Positions 1 through 9,008 are shown, counted from the stretch's first letter. The stretch is 32,000 bases of DNA from an uncultured Clostridiaceae bacterium (GCA_964563155.1 CAZLVL010000001.1:88008-120007), one strand, 5' to 3'. Notes: generated by a model not told the origin, from the letters alone. Numbers and translations are program-made.

Positions 1-958
1 GTCCATAATCTGTATGGGGACCAATGTTTGCAGTTTGTTGCATATCATGACCATGACAAACACAACAAGGCCTATACTCTACATATCTTTCTTCTATTAG
101 GTCACAATAAATACATTTTCGACTTTGCAAATGACCTTCTGGTCCATGACTAGAAGAAACTTGAGACCAAGCAGAAAAGCTATGATTCCCTTTACATTTA
201 CAGCAGTTGTCTAGAGAAATATAGGAAGAAGAAGAATAGTCGCAAAAACTACAAGTAACTGTATAAAGATGACCTAAAGAGCTATGAAAATAATCTGTGT
301 AATATTCAAAATGATGCTCCCCCCTACAAGCACAACAATCTTCTTTTTCTGTATAGCCAGTTGCTCTTATTACACCGCACTTACTACAAAACTCTTGGTA
401 ATAGTGGCCTGCTCCATAAGAGTGGCTATCAAAAATATTCATTTCATATGTGTGATTACAGTTACACTTATCACAGTTTGGCTTTTTCAAATAGCCACTT
501 TCAATTATCTCATCACACTCTATACACTTAATAAAATAGTAGTGGCCTCTTGGCTCTTCATGGTCATTAGAAATTTGTCTTTGACCTGGGATATGACCAA
601 CACATAGACAACAGTCATCTTGGCTTTCGTAATAGGATGACGTGTAAGTACAAGTTGAGCACTTTAAGGTAACTAAATGACCTGAACTTGTATGGTTTCC
701 AATAGATGAAATATATATATTATGGTTGTTGGTACACTCACAACAGGTGCTTAAGGGCTTGTATCCTAATATGGTAATATACTCACAGTCATTACAAATA
801 TAGCCAAACTCATGACCCATACTTGTATGCTCTAAAGAGGCATAAGGAGAGTTCATGTGCCTTCCTGTATACTCAAAAGACTCACAAAAAGCATTAGCTT
901 TTAGACATAGGGTTAAAAGTAAAATTAGGGTTGTTAAAATAAGTATATTTCTTTTCAT
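1..958 (-). CDS. Secreted Cys/His-rich tandem-repeat protein, N-terminal 319 codons only (ORF continues past the left window edge)
   Basis: Absent from the ORF track because no stop lies in the window. Hand translation of the minus strand: ATG at 958-956, AGGAG (rc of 965-969) 6 nt upstream, and every codon open down to position 2. N-terminus MKRNILILTTLILLLTLCLKANA/F is a signal peptide with an AXA cleavage site. The rest is at least 6 repeats with a 44-46 aa period: CCxC-x2-3-H ... H-x3-4-GH ... CxxC. Confidence 0.75.
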   Translation of the reverse strand, partial: MKRNILILTTLILLLTLCLKANAFCESFEYTGRHMNSPYASLEHTSMGHEFGYICNDCEYITILGYKPLSTCCECTNNHNIYISSIGNHTSSGHLVTLKCSTCTYTSSYYESQDDCCLCVGHIPGQRQISNDHEEPRGHYYFIKCIECDEIIESGYLKKPNCDKCNCNHTYEMNIFDSHSYGAGHYYQEFCSKCGVIRATGYTEKEDCCACRGEHHFEYYTDYFHSSLGHLYTVTCSFCDYSSSSYISLDNCCKCKGNHSFSAWSQVSSSHGPEGHLQSRKCIYCDLIEERYVEYRPCCVCHGHDMQQTANIGPHTDYG

Positions 959-995
959 TAAAAACTCCTGCTTTTTGTTTGTTTGTCTTTTATGC

Positions 996-2183
996 TTACT
1001 TTAAAGAAAAGGTAAAGTTTCCAACTACATTTTGCATGGTGAAAAAGACATATCTCAAGGTTTGGTTTTGATTATCCTCTAAAAGATTATAGGCCTCTCT
1101 TGTGGGTAAAGCCCTTAGGTAGTCGTATCTATCCATAATGTATTCCACAATTTCTTGGGGTTGATGATCAGCTAAAACAGCACAAAGGGTATTTTTTACC
1201 TTAGCCTTATAAAAAGAAATGGGTATGCCATCTTCCCAGTCTAAAGACTTCATCTCTAACTTTAAAAACATGGTGTCATAGCCCCATTGTTTTTCTGGAT
1301 AAGCTGTAGGTCCATCAAAAAATCTCAAAGAGAACATGCAGTAGATGGGATTAAAGTATTGTCTAGACTTTTGATAGAAAATCTCATAGGTATCCTTTGT
1401 TTCAAAGACCTTCTTTTCAACAATTATATAGCCTACACTATCTTCCACTTCTGCTAAGGCTGTCAAAACTATTGGGGGAAGCTCTTCTTTTTTCACATTT
1501 TTAAATACCACATCAGGCTCTTTTTTAGGGTCTATAAAGGATAGGTCATAGTTAATTTTTTCTATTCTTTTATCTTTTCTATCCAATCTTTCAATTAAAC
1601 ATGCAGACTGGGCCCTTGTTAAGGTTTCATTGTATCTAAAGGTATAGTCTTCAAATCCTTCAATTAAGCCGGTATAAAAGGCTGTTTTAATGCTCTCAAG
1701 GTATAGATTAGGGGTGTAAGATCCTAGGTCAAAGGGTAAAATTTGATTCTTATTGTTTGGCTTTTCTCCTAAAAAATTTAAGGTATTGGCTAAAAGTAGA
1801 GATGCCTCTCCTCTGTTGATATAGAAGGTGTAATCGGTTTTATCGAAATCCTTTAAAATTCCTAGACTTTTAGCCCTATTTATATAGTTTTTTGCCCAAT
1901 AGTCCTTATCATTTTCTAGGTCTTCTTTTAAGACCTTTAAAATCATTTTAATAAACTCGTCAGCTCTTACCTTATTAGAAGGACGAAAACTATTATCTGT
2001 ATAACCATTTATTACATCTTTTCCACTTAGATAGACTACAGATTCATAAAACCAGTCTTTTTCATTCACATCAGTAAATATTTCATTTTTCGTTGAGGCC
2101 ATAGCTTGAAAAGGTATTCCTTGAAGAACAAGGCTAATAAATAGGACAATAAAAAACAACAGAAATCTTTTTGACTTTTTCAT
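996..2183 (-). CDS. SLH-domain cell-wall-anchored protein with an uncharacterised C-terminal domain
   Basis: 395 aa ORF with AGGAG RBS and a signal peptide (MKKSKRFLLFFIVLFISLVLQGIPFQAMA). One clear SLH repeat (FTDVNEKDWFYESVVYLSGKDVINGYTDNSFRPSNKVRADEFIKMILKVL) plus two degenerate ones (DYWAKNYINRAKSLGIL..., ...GLIEGFEDYTFRYNETLTRAQSACLIERL). Confidence 0.7.
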   Translation of the reverse strand: MKKSKRFLLFFIVLFISLVLQGIPFQAMASTKNEIFTDVNEKDWFYESVVYLSGKDVINGYTDNSFRPSNKVRADEFIKMILKVLKEDLENDKDYWAKNYINRAKSLGILKDFDKTDYTFYINRGEASLLLANTLNFLGEKPNNKNQILPFDLGSYTPNLYLESIKTAFYTGLIEGFEDYTFRYNETLTRAQSACLIERLDRKDKRIEKINYDLSFIDPKKEPDVVFKNVKKEELPPIVLTALAEVEDSVGYIIVEKKVFETKDTYEIFYQKSRQYFNPIYCMFSLRFFDGPTAYPEKQWGYDTMFLKLEMKSLDWEDGIPISFYKAKVKNTLCAVLADHQPQEIVEYIMDRYDYLRALPTREAYNLLEDNQNQTLRYVFFTMQNVVGNFTFSLK

Positions 2184-2249
2184 TTCACACTCCTTTTGTG
2201 CAAATCTTACTCTTAATTTCTGTTGTATTCCACAGACAAAACTGTATTT

Positions 2250-2828
2250 TTATTTGTTTTTTTCTTCTGTTGCTTTTTCTATCTTATTTTGACTTTCTTT
2301 TAAGACTATTTGTCTTAATTCTTTTAAATAGTCATGAACTTGAGCCTCTTCAACTCCATAGTCTAATTGTAGCTGATACTCTATGTCCAACCAGGTGGAT
2401 ATATCAGCTTCATTATGTTGTATTACAGCTTCCATTTTATCTAGGGCCTTAAATACCTTTGCTTCTAAGCTTTCCATCTTGTTCATTTCTTCATACAAAA
2501 GCCCTATGTTTTCTCTAACCTGTGCAGGAAGGTTTTTAGTAAAGTCACTAAAGGCTTCCTCTTCTAGTTTTTCATCTTTTTTTGTTTTTAAAAATGAAGG
2601 GATATCTCCCATTACAGCCTCTCCCAGATCATGGATAATGGCCATTTCAATTACCTTATCCATATCCACTTGGGGTAATTTTTCTTTTAGAATATAGGCC
2701 ATAAGAATAAGTCGGTAGCTATGTTCTGCCACTGATTCTTTTCTGCCACAAGTTGTAAAGGAATGTCTAAACTGACATTTCATTTTTTCTGCTATATGGA
2801 GCCATTGTAAAAAATCATATGCTTTCAT
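2250..2828 (-). CDS. HD-domain phosphohydrolase (YfbR-like 5'-deoxynucleotidase family)
   Basis: 192 aa with the H...HD...D metal motifs (ESVAEHSYRL, IIHDLGEAVMGDIP). Its start overlaps the upstream stop by 1 nt (TAATG). Confidence 0.8.
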   Translation of the reverse strand: MKAYDFLQWLHIAEKMKCQFRHSFTTCGRKESVAEHSYRLILMAYILKEKLPQVDMDKVIEMAIIHDLGEAVMGDIPSFLKTKKDEKLEEEAFSDFTKNLPAQVRENIGLLYEEMNKMESLEAKVFKALDKMEAVIQHNEADISTWLDIEYQLQLDYGVEEAQVHDYLKELRQIVLKESQNKIEKATEEKNK

Positions 2829-3616
2829 TATTTATCAAAGAGCCATTGGCTATCTATGGAAAGTTCTTCAACCTTTTCCAAGGTCATGATTTGTGAACCA
2901 CTTTCATATTTTACTAGGATTCTATCAGAGTCATTTGTATACCAAAGCAAGGATTCTTTTGCTCCAAAAAGAGAAAATCTTGCATACTTAGCACTATACT
3001 TTATGCAGTCATAGGTTTTGTCTCCTATTTGAACTTCTTCATCCTTTTGGTAAACCAAGGCATAGGGTGCAAATATGGCACTTTCATTTATTAAAACATT
3101 TATATCCACTTGTTCTTGTAAATCCAATTTTATAAGTCCAATTGTTAGGTTAACCATCTCATTGTCTAGATACCTTGCGGGAGTCTTTACCTTTTTTTCC
3201 ATGGTCTTTTCCCCTTGGACTGCTAGAATTTTAGCTTCTTGTTCAGTGTAGGTAGTATCTACCGACCAATCCTCTTCGGTGCCTGAATAAAAGATGTTTG
3301 ATTTATATGAAGATGAAGGTTTTAGGGTCTTTGTATCAAAAACTATTTGTGCTTTATAAATCCAGGTTTCAAAATCAGCCAGGGTTTGAAGTTTAGTTGT
3401 CCCATTGTTTTGTGTCATATACATAAAGGTTAGCTTGCCATCAATATTTTGGTCCATATTAACTATGCTATATGTGTACTTATATGAATCCTTTAGTTGG
3501 TATGCTAATTCAAATTCATCTTCGCTTAATTTAATATTGCAAGCACTAAAAGCTAATAGTATTGTTAGGACTAAAAGAATTAAAAGACTCTTTTTTATGT
3601 TTTTTCTTGTATTCAT
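2828..3616 (-). CDS. Putative lipoprotein of unknown function
   Basis: 262 aa. N-terminal basic/hydrophobic signal ends in the lipobox-like LAFSAC. The start is 1 nt after the upstream stop. I recognise no catalytic motif. Confidence 0.6.
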   Translation of the reverse strand: MNTRKNIKKSLLILLVLTILLAFSACNIKLSEDEFELAYQLKDSYKYTYSIVNMDQNIDGKLTFMYMTQNNGTTKLQTLADFETWIYKAQIVFDTKTLKPSSSYKSNIFYSGTEEDWSVDTTYTEQEAKILAVQGEKTMEKKVKTPARYLDNEMVNLTIGLIKLDLQEQVDINVLINESAIFAPYALVYQKDEEVQIGDKTYDCIKYSAKYARFSLFGAKESLLWYTNDSDRILVKYESGSQIMTLEKVEELSIDSQWLFDK

Positions 3617-3617
3617 C

Positions 3618-3884
3618 TTATCCCTTTCTTTTCATCTCTATTTCAAATCTATCAAAGTATACTTTTTCCATAAACTGTTCATCTGTGAAAAAAGTTTTTT
3701 GAAAGTTAGCCAACTCCCTAGTATTTTTGCTCATCCATATGGGAACCTGGATATCCATTTTTTTGCAAATATCTACTAAACAAGCTGTAAGTTTTTCTGA
3801 AAAGCTCATGTTTTCATCTTGATACTCAGCTTTTTCTTCCACTATTATCATATTGTTTTTAATAAGTTTTCCGTAAATTATCAT
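3618..3884 (-). CDS. Small hypothetical protein (88 aa)
   Basis: ORF with protein-like composition, tightly coupled to the lipoprotein gene. The SD is weak or distant and I recognise no family. Confidence 0.4.
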   Translation of the reverse strand: MIIYGKLIKNNMIIVEEKAEYQDENMSFSEKLTACLVDICKKMDIQVPIWMSKNTRELANFQKTFFTDEQFMEKVYFDRFEIEMKRKG

Positions 3885-3990
3885 TTTTTTTCAAAAAAGC
3901 CTTTCTCTTTTAGCCTGTCTTTACTCTCATAATAATAACATAGATGGATGGACTTTAAAAAAGCTTACCATAAAACTATTTGGCTTTCTT

Positions 3991-4662
3991 TTAATATCTT
4001 TTAATGGGAATAGGATCTCCCAAATACTTTGGAGGCCTTTTTAGGAAATCTCCATCTATAACAGCCTTTATTCTGGCTAGACTTTCTCTAAAGTGGTTAT
4101 AAGGCATATTATATATTTTCTTGTTTTCTGAGGCATAGCCATAGGCTTTTATTCCCATTTTTTTTGCTAGAAAAAGTGATCTATGCATATGAAACTTTTG
4201 AGTACTTATTACAATATTATCTACCTTAAAAATATATTCACTTCTATAAATGGAATCATAGGTGCTAAAGCCTGCATAATCACAATAAATATCTTCTAAG
4301 GGGATATTTTTACTTATTAAATAGTCCTTCATTACCTTGGTTTCATTATACTCCACTGTTTTGTTATCTCCAGAAACCAAGATTGCAATCTGTCCATCAT
4401 AATAGTTATAAATCTCAATGGCATAATCTAATCGGTCTCTAAGAACAGGAGTAGGAAGTCCACCTGGATAGATTCCTGCTCCTAATACTAAAACAGCCTG
4501 AGGCTTTTCTATATTTTTTAAGTCGTCAATATCTTTTAGAAGATAACTAGAAGTTGGTAGAATTACATATAGCTGTATTGCTACAAAGCTTATGATTCCT
4601 ATTAAAATTATGTAAAGAATACTTTTTATGCCCTTGTTTTTCTTTTTCCTTCTAGAAACCAT
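3991..4662 (-). CDS. sanA: SanA/YdcF (DUF218) envelope protein
   Basis: 223 aa with an N-terminal TM helix. The core motifs line up with E. coli SanA as I recall it: LVSGDN..YNE, DYAGFSTYDSIYR, STQKFHMHRSLFLAKKMGI, LGDPIPI. Confidence 0.85.
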   Translation of the reverse strand: MVSRRKKKNKGIKSILYIILIGIISFVAIQLYVILPTSSYLLKDIDDLKNIEKPQAVLVLGAGIYPGGLPTPVLRDRLDYAIEIYNYYDGQIAILVSGDNKTVEYNETKVMKDYLISKNIPLEDIYCDYAGFSTYDSIYRSEYIFKVDNIVISTQKFHMHRSLFLAKKMGIKAYGYASENKKIYNMPYNHFRESLARIKAVIDGDFLKRPPKYLGDPIPIKRY

Positions 4663-5521
4663 TTTCTTTTACTGTCAATTCTAGGATCTTCTTTTCTTCT
4701 TTTGTTAACTCTCTAAAGGGTCTCCTAGCCTTTCCACAATCAACTCCTACTAGTTGAGAAATATATTTCATTGCAGGCAAGATAGCCCCCATTTTTACCA
4801 TAGGTTGAATAATATTATTCAATTTTTTTTGTAAAGCCTGGGCTTTTTCTATTTCTCTTTTATCAAAAGCATCTTGGATTTGTATAAAGGCCTCTACAAA
4901 GATATTCATTGTTGTACCTATGGCTCCATAAGCCCCTGCCATAAGAGCAAAAGCAAAAGCTTCATCCATCCCGCTATAAACAGGTTTTGGGCTGGCTGAC
5001 ACTACTCTTTCTAGAAAGTAGTAATTGGGAGCTGTATATTTCATAGCATAAATTCTAGGGTCTTCCAAAAGATCCAGTAATTGAGCTTCATTAAAGTTTA
5101 CATTGGTGGCCCCAGGCATATTGTATACCATTATGGGCAGTCCAGACCCATCAGCAATATCTGTATAATACTTTTTAATGGACTCTTGATTGTGAGAGTA
5201 ATAAAAAGGTGGAACTGAAGCAAGAGCATTTGCGCCCAAACTCTTTGCGTGTTTTGCATACATAAGGGCTAGGTCAGTACCTGCAGAACCTACGTGTACT
5301 ACCACATGAGCACCATCAGCAGCTTTCATTGCTACTTCTAGGGTCTTTTTTCTTTCTTCTTCTGTTAATAAGACAACCTCTGCTGAAGATCCTGTTGTAT
5401 AAAGACCATCTGCTCCCTTGTCTAAAACAAACTTAACAAGCTTTTTTAAGGCCTCATAATCTACACTGAAGTCTTCTTTAAATGGTGTAAAAATTGGAAC
5501 TAGAATTTTATCTTTTTTCAT
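4652..5521 (-). CDS. DapA/NanA-family class I aldolase, closest by motif to N-acetylneuraminate lyase
   Basis: 289 aa with DGLYTTGSSAE (GSTGE-type motif), VPPFYY, YNMP, the Schiff-base Lys context AMKYTAPNYYFLER, and GAIGTTMN. These resemble clostridial NanA more than DapA. It overlaps sanA by 11 nt. Confidence 0.75.
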   Translation of the reverse strand: MKKDKILVPIFTPFKEDFSVDYEALKKLVKFVLDKGADGLYTTGSSAEVVLLTEEERKKTLEVAMKAADGAHVVVHVGSAGTDLALMYAKHAKSLGANALASVPPFYYSHNQESIKKYYTDIADGSGLPIMVYNMPGATNVNFNEAQLLDLLEDPRIYAMKYTAPNYYFLERVVSASPKPVYSGMDEAFAFALMAGAYGAIGTTMNIFVEAFIQIQDAFDKREIEKAQALQKKLNNIIQPMVKMGAILPAMKYISQLVGVDCGKARRPFRELTKEEKKILELTVKENGF

Positions 5522-5635
5522 GACATCACCTTATCCTTTGTGTCTTCCAGTTTAAATCAAATAAGAGGCATTTTCAATAAACAAGAGATTTTTTGTGGTA
5601 ATATATATTCATATACCAACAATTGGGGGTTACTA

Positions 5636-6745
5636 ATGAAGGATATTAGAAATGAGAAGCTTGCTGACATTTTGGTTAATTACTCTTGTCAGATTAAAGA
5701 AGGAGAAAAAATCCTTATATCAGCCTATGAAACTGATAATGAACTGGTAAAAAGGATTATTGACAAGGTATATGAAGCAAAGGGACTTCCCTTTGTGCAA
5801 ATCAATGATGACTCAGCAAATGCAAGATTGTTTAAAGGAATTACACAAGAACAATTAGAAATAATTAATTCCATTGACCTAGCAATGATGGAAAAAATGG
5901 ATGCCTACATTGCCATTAGAACCAGAAATAATGTTTATGAGTCTTCAATTATTCCACCTGCAACCCTTACTATGGCCTCTAAGATACTAAAGCCCTCTTT
6001 TGACCAAAGAGTAAAACATACTAAGTGGTGTGTCTTAAGATATCCCAACCAATCTATGGCTCAACTGGCAAAAATGAACACAGAGGACTTTACAGATTTC
6101 TATTATGATGTTTGTACTTTAGATTATGAAAAGATGAGCAAGGCTATGGACAGTCTAGTGGATTTAATGGATAAAACCGACCAAGTCCATATAAAAGGGC
6201 CTGGTACAGATCTAAGATTTTCCATTAAAGATATTCCCGCTATAAAGTGTGCAGGAGAAATGAACATACCAGATGGAGAAGTATTCACTGCCCCAGTTAG
6301 AGACAGTATTAATGGGCATATAACCTTTAATACTCTTTCAGCCAGCAGTGGAAAAACCTTTGAAAATATTTACTTTGAGTTTAAAGATGGAAAGATTATT
6401 AATGCAAAGTCTAACCATACAGAACTATTAAACAAAATTTTAGATACAGATGAAGGCTCAAGATATGTGGGTGAGTTTGCTATTGGAGTAAACCCTTATA
6501 TTATTCATCCTATGATGGATACCTTGTTTGATGAAAAAATTCAAGGCTCCTTCCATTTAACTCCTGGCTCTTGTTATGATGAAGCCTACAATGGTAATGA
6601 TTCAGCTATTCATTGGGATTTAGTTTCTATTCAAACCCAAGAATATGGTGGGGGAGAAATCTGGTTTGACAATCAATTGGTTAGAAAAGATGGCCTTTTT
6701 GTAATTGATTCCTTAAAGGGCTTAAACCCAGAGAATTTAAAGTGA
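5636..6745 (+). CDS. M29-family aminopeptidase (AmpS/PepS/aminopeptidase T-like)
   Basis: The track ORF opens at GTG 5540, but ATG 5636 has a GGGGG SD 6 nt upstream and gives the typical N-terminus MKDIRNEKLADILVNYS. Family motifs are present: IPDGEVFTAP, GEFAIGVNP, DEKIQGSFHLTPG. Confidence 0.85.
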   Translation: MKDIRNEKLADILVNYSCQIKEGEKILISAYETDNELVKRIIDKVYEAKGLPFVQINDDSANARLFKGITQEQLEIINSIDLAMMEKMDAYIAIRTRNNVYESSIIPPATLTMASKILKPSFDQRVKHTKWCVLRYPNQSMAQLAKMNTEDFTDFYYDVCTLDYEKMSKAMDSLVDLMDKTDQVHIKGPGTDLRFSIKDIPAIKCAGEMNIPDGEVFTAPVRDSINGHITFNTLSASSGKTFENIYFEFKDGKIINAKSNHTELLNKILDTDEGSRYVGEFAIGVNPYIIHPMMDTLFDEKIQGSFHLTPGSCYDEAYNGNDSAIHWDLVSIQTQEYGGGEIWFDNQLVRKDGLFVIDSLKGLNPENLK

Positions 6746-6753
6746 GGTAGTCT

Positions 6754-8955
6754 TTGAAAGTATTACATTTAGCAGGTGGAGGAGATATTGGAGGGGCAAA
6801 AACCCATATTCTTTCTTTGGTTAAAGAAATATCCAAGGTCAATCAAGTAAAGCTTGTTTCTTTTAGATATGGAGACTTTGCAGAATCTGCTAAAAATATT
6901 GGTATCGATGTTTTTGAAACATCCAGTAAACTCATATTCAAGGATGTTAAAGAGTTATTTAAGGTCTACGACGAGTTTAAGCCAGACATTGTTCACTGCC
7001 ATGGAGCAAAGGCAAACTTCATGGGCCTTATGTTGAAAAAGTATAAAAAGGCTTGTGTAACCAGCACCATACACAGCGATTATAGAAAAGACTATATACA
7101 CAATATCTTCAAGCTGGTTTCCATTGGAATATTTAACACCTTTGCTCTTAGAATAATTAACTACCACATAGCTGTAACAGAAGAATTTGCAAGAACCTTA
7201 ATATCTAGGGGCTTTAATCCCCATAATATGTTTTCCATATATAACTGTATTGATTTTGATAAAAAACTAGATATAATCCCAAAGGAAGACTACTTCAAAC
7301 AATACCATATCCCCTATAATCCAGAGGAAGTTATTATAGGTATTGCTGCTAGACTGACCAAGGTAAAAGATATTTCTACTCTTATTAAGGGTTTTGCCAA
7401 GTCCTATGAAGAGAATAAAAACATTAGACTTTTAATTGCTGGAGATGGCGAAGAGAAAAATATGTTATCCTCTTTAGCTAAAAAATTAGGGGTTAGCGAT
7501 AGGGTCCATTTTTTAGGTTGGATTAGCAATATTGATGCCTTTTTTTCTGTCATAGATATAGATGTTATTTCTTCTTTAAGCGAAACCTTCCCCTATTCAT
7601 TAACTGAGGGAATTAGAGCTGGTGCCATACCCATTTCCAGCTTGGTTGGAGGAGCCCCTTCTCTTATTGACCATAAGGTTACTGGATATATTTTTGAGCC
7701 AAGAGACTACAAGGCTTTGGGAAAATATATTTCTGAGCTGGCATCAGACAAGGAAAAAAGAGAGACTATGCAAAAGGAGATCTACAAAAGGACCAAGAAG
7801 AATTTTTCTCTAGATGCTATGAGAAATCTCCAACTGTCAATTTATGATCTCATCTTAAAGCGCTTTAGGTCTGACAAGAGAAATATGGTTGTAATATGTG
7901 GAGCATATGGAAGAGGAAATGCAGGAGATGAGGCTATTAAGCATGCTACCCTAAGCGGTATTAGAAGCATAGACTCTGATATGGAGCTATGTGTTATGAC
8001 CTTAAGGCCAAGAAAAGAAAGAGCTATTGATAGAGTAAACACCATATTTACCTTTAATATTTTTAAGCTTTATTTTATTCTCAAGAGAACAAAACTATTT
8101 GTAAGTGGTGGAGGTTCTTTAATACAGGATATAACCTCAACCCGTTCCCTTCTTTTTTATATCTACACCCTTTATATGGCTAAAAAAGCTAATTGTAAGG
8201 TTATAATGTTTGGTTGTGGGATAGGTCCTTTAACTAGACCAATAAACAGAAAACTAGCAGGTAGAGTTATTGATAACTATGTGGATGTTATAACGGTTAG
8301 AGACCATCTTTCAAAAAAAGAACTGGATTCTTTAGGAGTAATAAAACCTAAAATCTTTGTAACAGCAGACCCTGCTATCAACCTAGTAGCAAAGCTAGAG
8401 GATAGGCATAAAATATTTATTGAAGAAAATATTCCTATGGAAGGAAAATATATTTGTCTTGCTCTAAGAAATTGGAAAAAATTTAATAGGCATAAAGAAA
8501 TTGCAGATGCTTGTAAAAAGCTTTATGAAAAATATGATTTAATACCTATCTTTTTTCCCATGGAATATCCTAAGGATTTAAGTGCATCACAAAAGGTCAT
8601 AGACCTTTTGGACATTCCCTACTTTGTCATTGAAAATCGCTATCCCATAGAACAGGCCATTGGCTTCATATCACAAATGGATATGGTACTAGCCATGAGA
8701 CTTCATGCCTTAATCTTTGCTGCAGCTAACTATGTTCCTGTTATTGGTGTTTCATATGATGTAAAGGTTTCTGGCTTTATGGAATATATAGAAAATGAGT
8801 CCTGCATTGAGTTAGACAATGTGGAAGTTCAAACAATTGTAGATGCTGCAACCAAAAGTTTTGAGTTGAAAAACAAGGTTATTGAGGCTACAAACATTTT
8901 GAAAGAAAAAGAAGAGATAAATAAAATACAAATGAAAAAACTTATTGAACCATAA
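6754..8955 (+). CDS. csaB: Fusion protein: GT4 glycosyltransferase (N-terminal) plus CsaB polysaccharide pyruvyl transferase (C-terminal)
   Basis: 733 aa from TTG with a GAGG SD. The N-terminal half has the GT4 signature (MKVLHLAGGGDIGGAKTH..., SETFPYSLTEG E-x7-E). From residue ~378 (nt ~7885) come CsaB hallmarks: VVICGAYGRGNAGDEAI, SGGGSLIQDITSTRSLLFY, MRLHALIFA. No stop separates the halves. Confidence 0.85.
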   Translation: MKVLHLAGGGDIGGAKTHILSLVKEISKVNQVKLVSFRYGDFAESAKNIGIDVFETSSKLIFKDVKELFKVYDEFKPDIVHCHGAKANFMGLMLKKYKKACVTSTIHSDYRKDYIHNIFKLVSIGIFNTFALRIINYHIAVTEEFARTLISRGFNPHNMFSIYNCIDFDKKLDIIPKEDYFKQYHIPYNPEEVIIGIAARLTKVKDISTLIKGFAKSYEENKNIRLLIAGDGEEKNMLSSLAKKLGVSDRVHFLGWISNIDAFFSVIDIDVISSLSETFPYSLTEGIRAGAIPISSLVGGAPSLIDHKVTGYIFEPRDYKALGKYISELASDKEKRETMQKEIYKRTKKNFSLDAMRNLQLSIYDLILKRFRSDKRNMVVICGAYGRGNAGDEAIKHATLSGIRSIDSDMELCVMTLRPRKERAIDRVNTIFTFNIFKLYFILKRTKLFVSGGGSLIQDITSTRSLLFYIYTLYMAKKANCKVIMFGCGIGPLTRPINRKLAGRVIDNYVDVITVRDHLSKKELDSLGVIKPKIFVTADPAINLVAKLEDRHKIFIEENIPMEGKYICLALRNWKKFNRHKEIADACKKLYEKYDLIPIFFPMEYPKDLSASQKVIDLLDIPYFVIENRYPIEQAIGFISQMDMVLAMRLHALIFAAANYVPVIGVSYDVKVSGFMEYIENESCIELDNVEVQTIVDAATKSFELKNKVIEATNILKEKEEINKIQMKKLIEP

Positions 8956-9008
8956 ACTTTGTATGATAGACTTATTCAGCAAAGTATATATTAAAAAGGG
9001 GGTGCCAG

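Noticed and set aside
55-69. CXXCH heme-c attachment motif in the Cys/His repeat protein (CCVCH, residues 298-302)
   Set aside because: Only the last visible repeat has His immediately after the CxxC. The other repeats read CxxC-x2-3-H, so a multiheme cytochrome is not supported.
284-607. 107 aa plus-strand ORF from the track
   Set aside because: It is low-complexity and hydrophobic, has no SD, and lies entirely antisense to the much longer, periodic, SD-preceded minus-strand ORF (1-958). It is a shadow ORF.
2171-3779. Plus-strand track ORFs 2171-2452, 2383-2697 and 3405-3779
   Set aside because: They are antisense to the HD, lipoprotein and 88 aa genes. Their composition is Leu/Phe/Ser-rich, typical of reverse frames in AT-rich coding DNA, and they have no RBS.
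5540-5635. N-terminal extension of the aminopeptidase ORF (GTG 5540)
   Set aside because: It has no SD. ATG 5636 has a GGGGG SD and gives a family-typical N-terminus. The extension overlaps the divergent promoter region.
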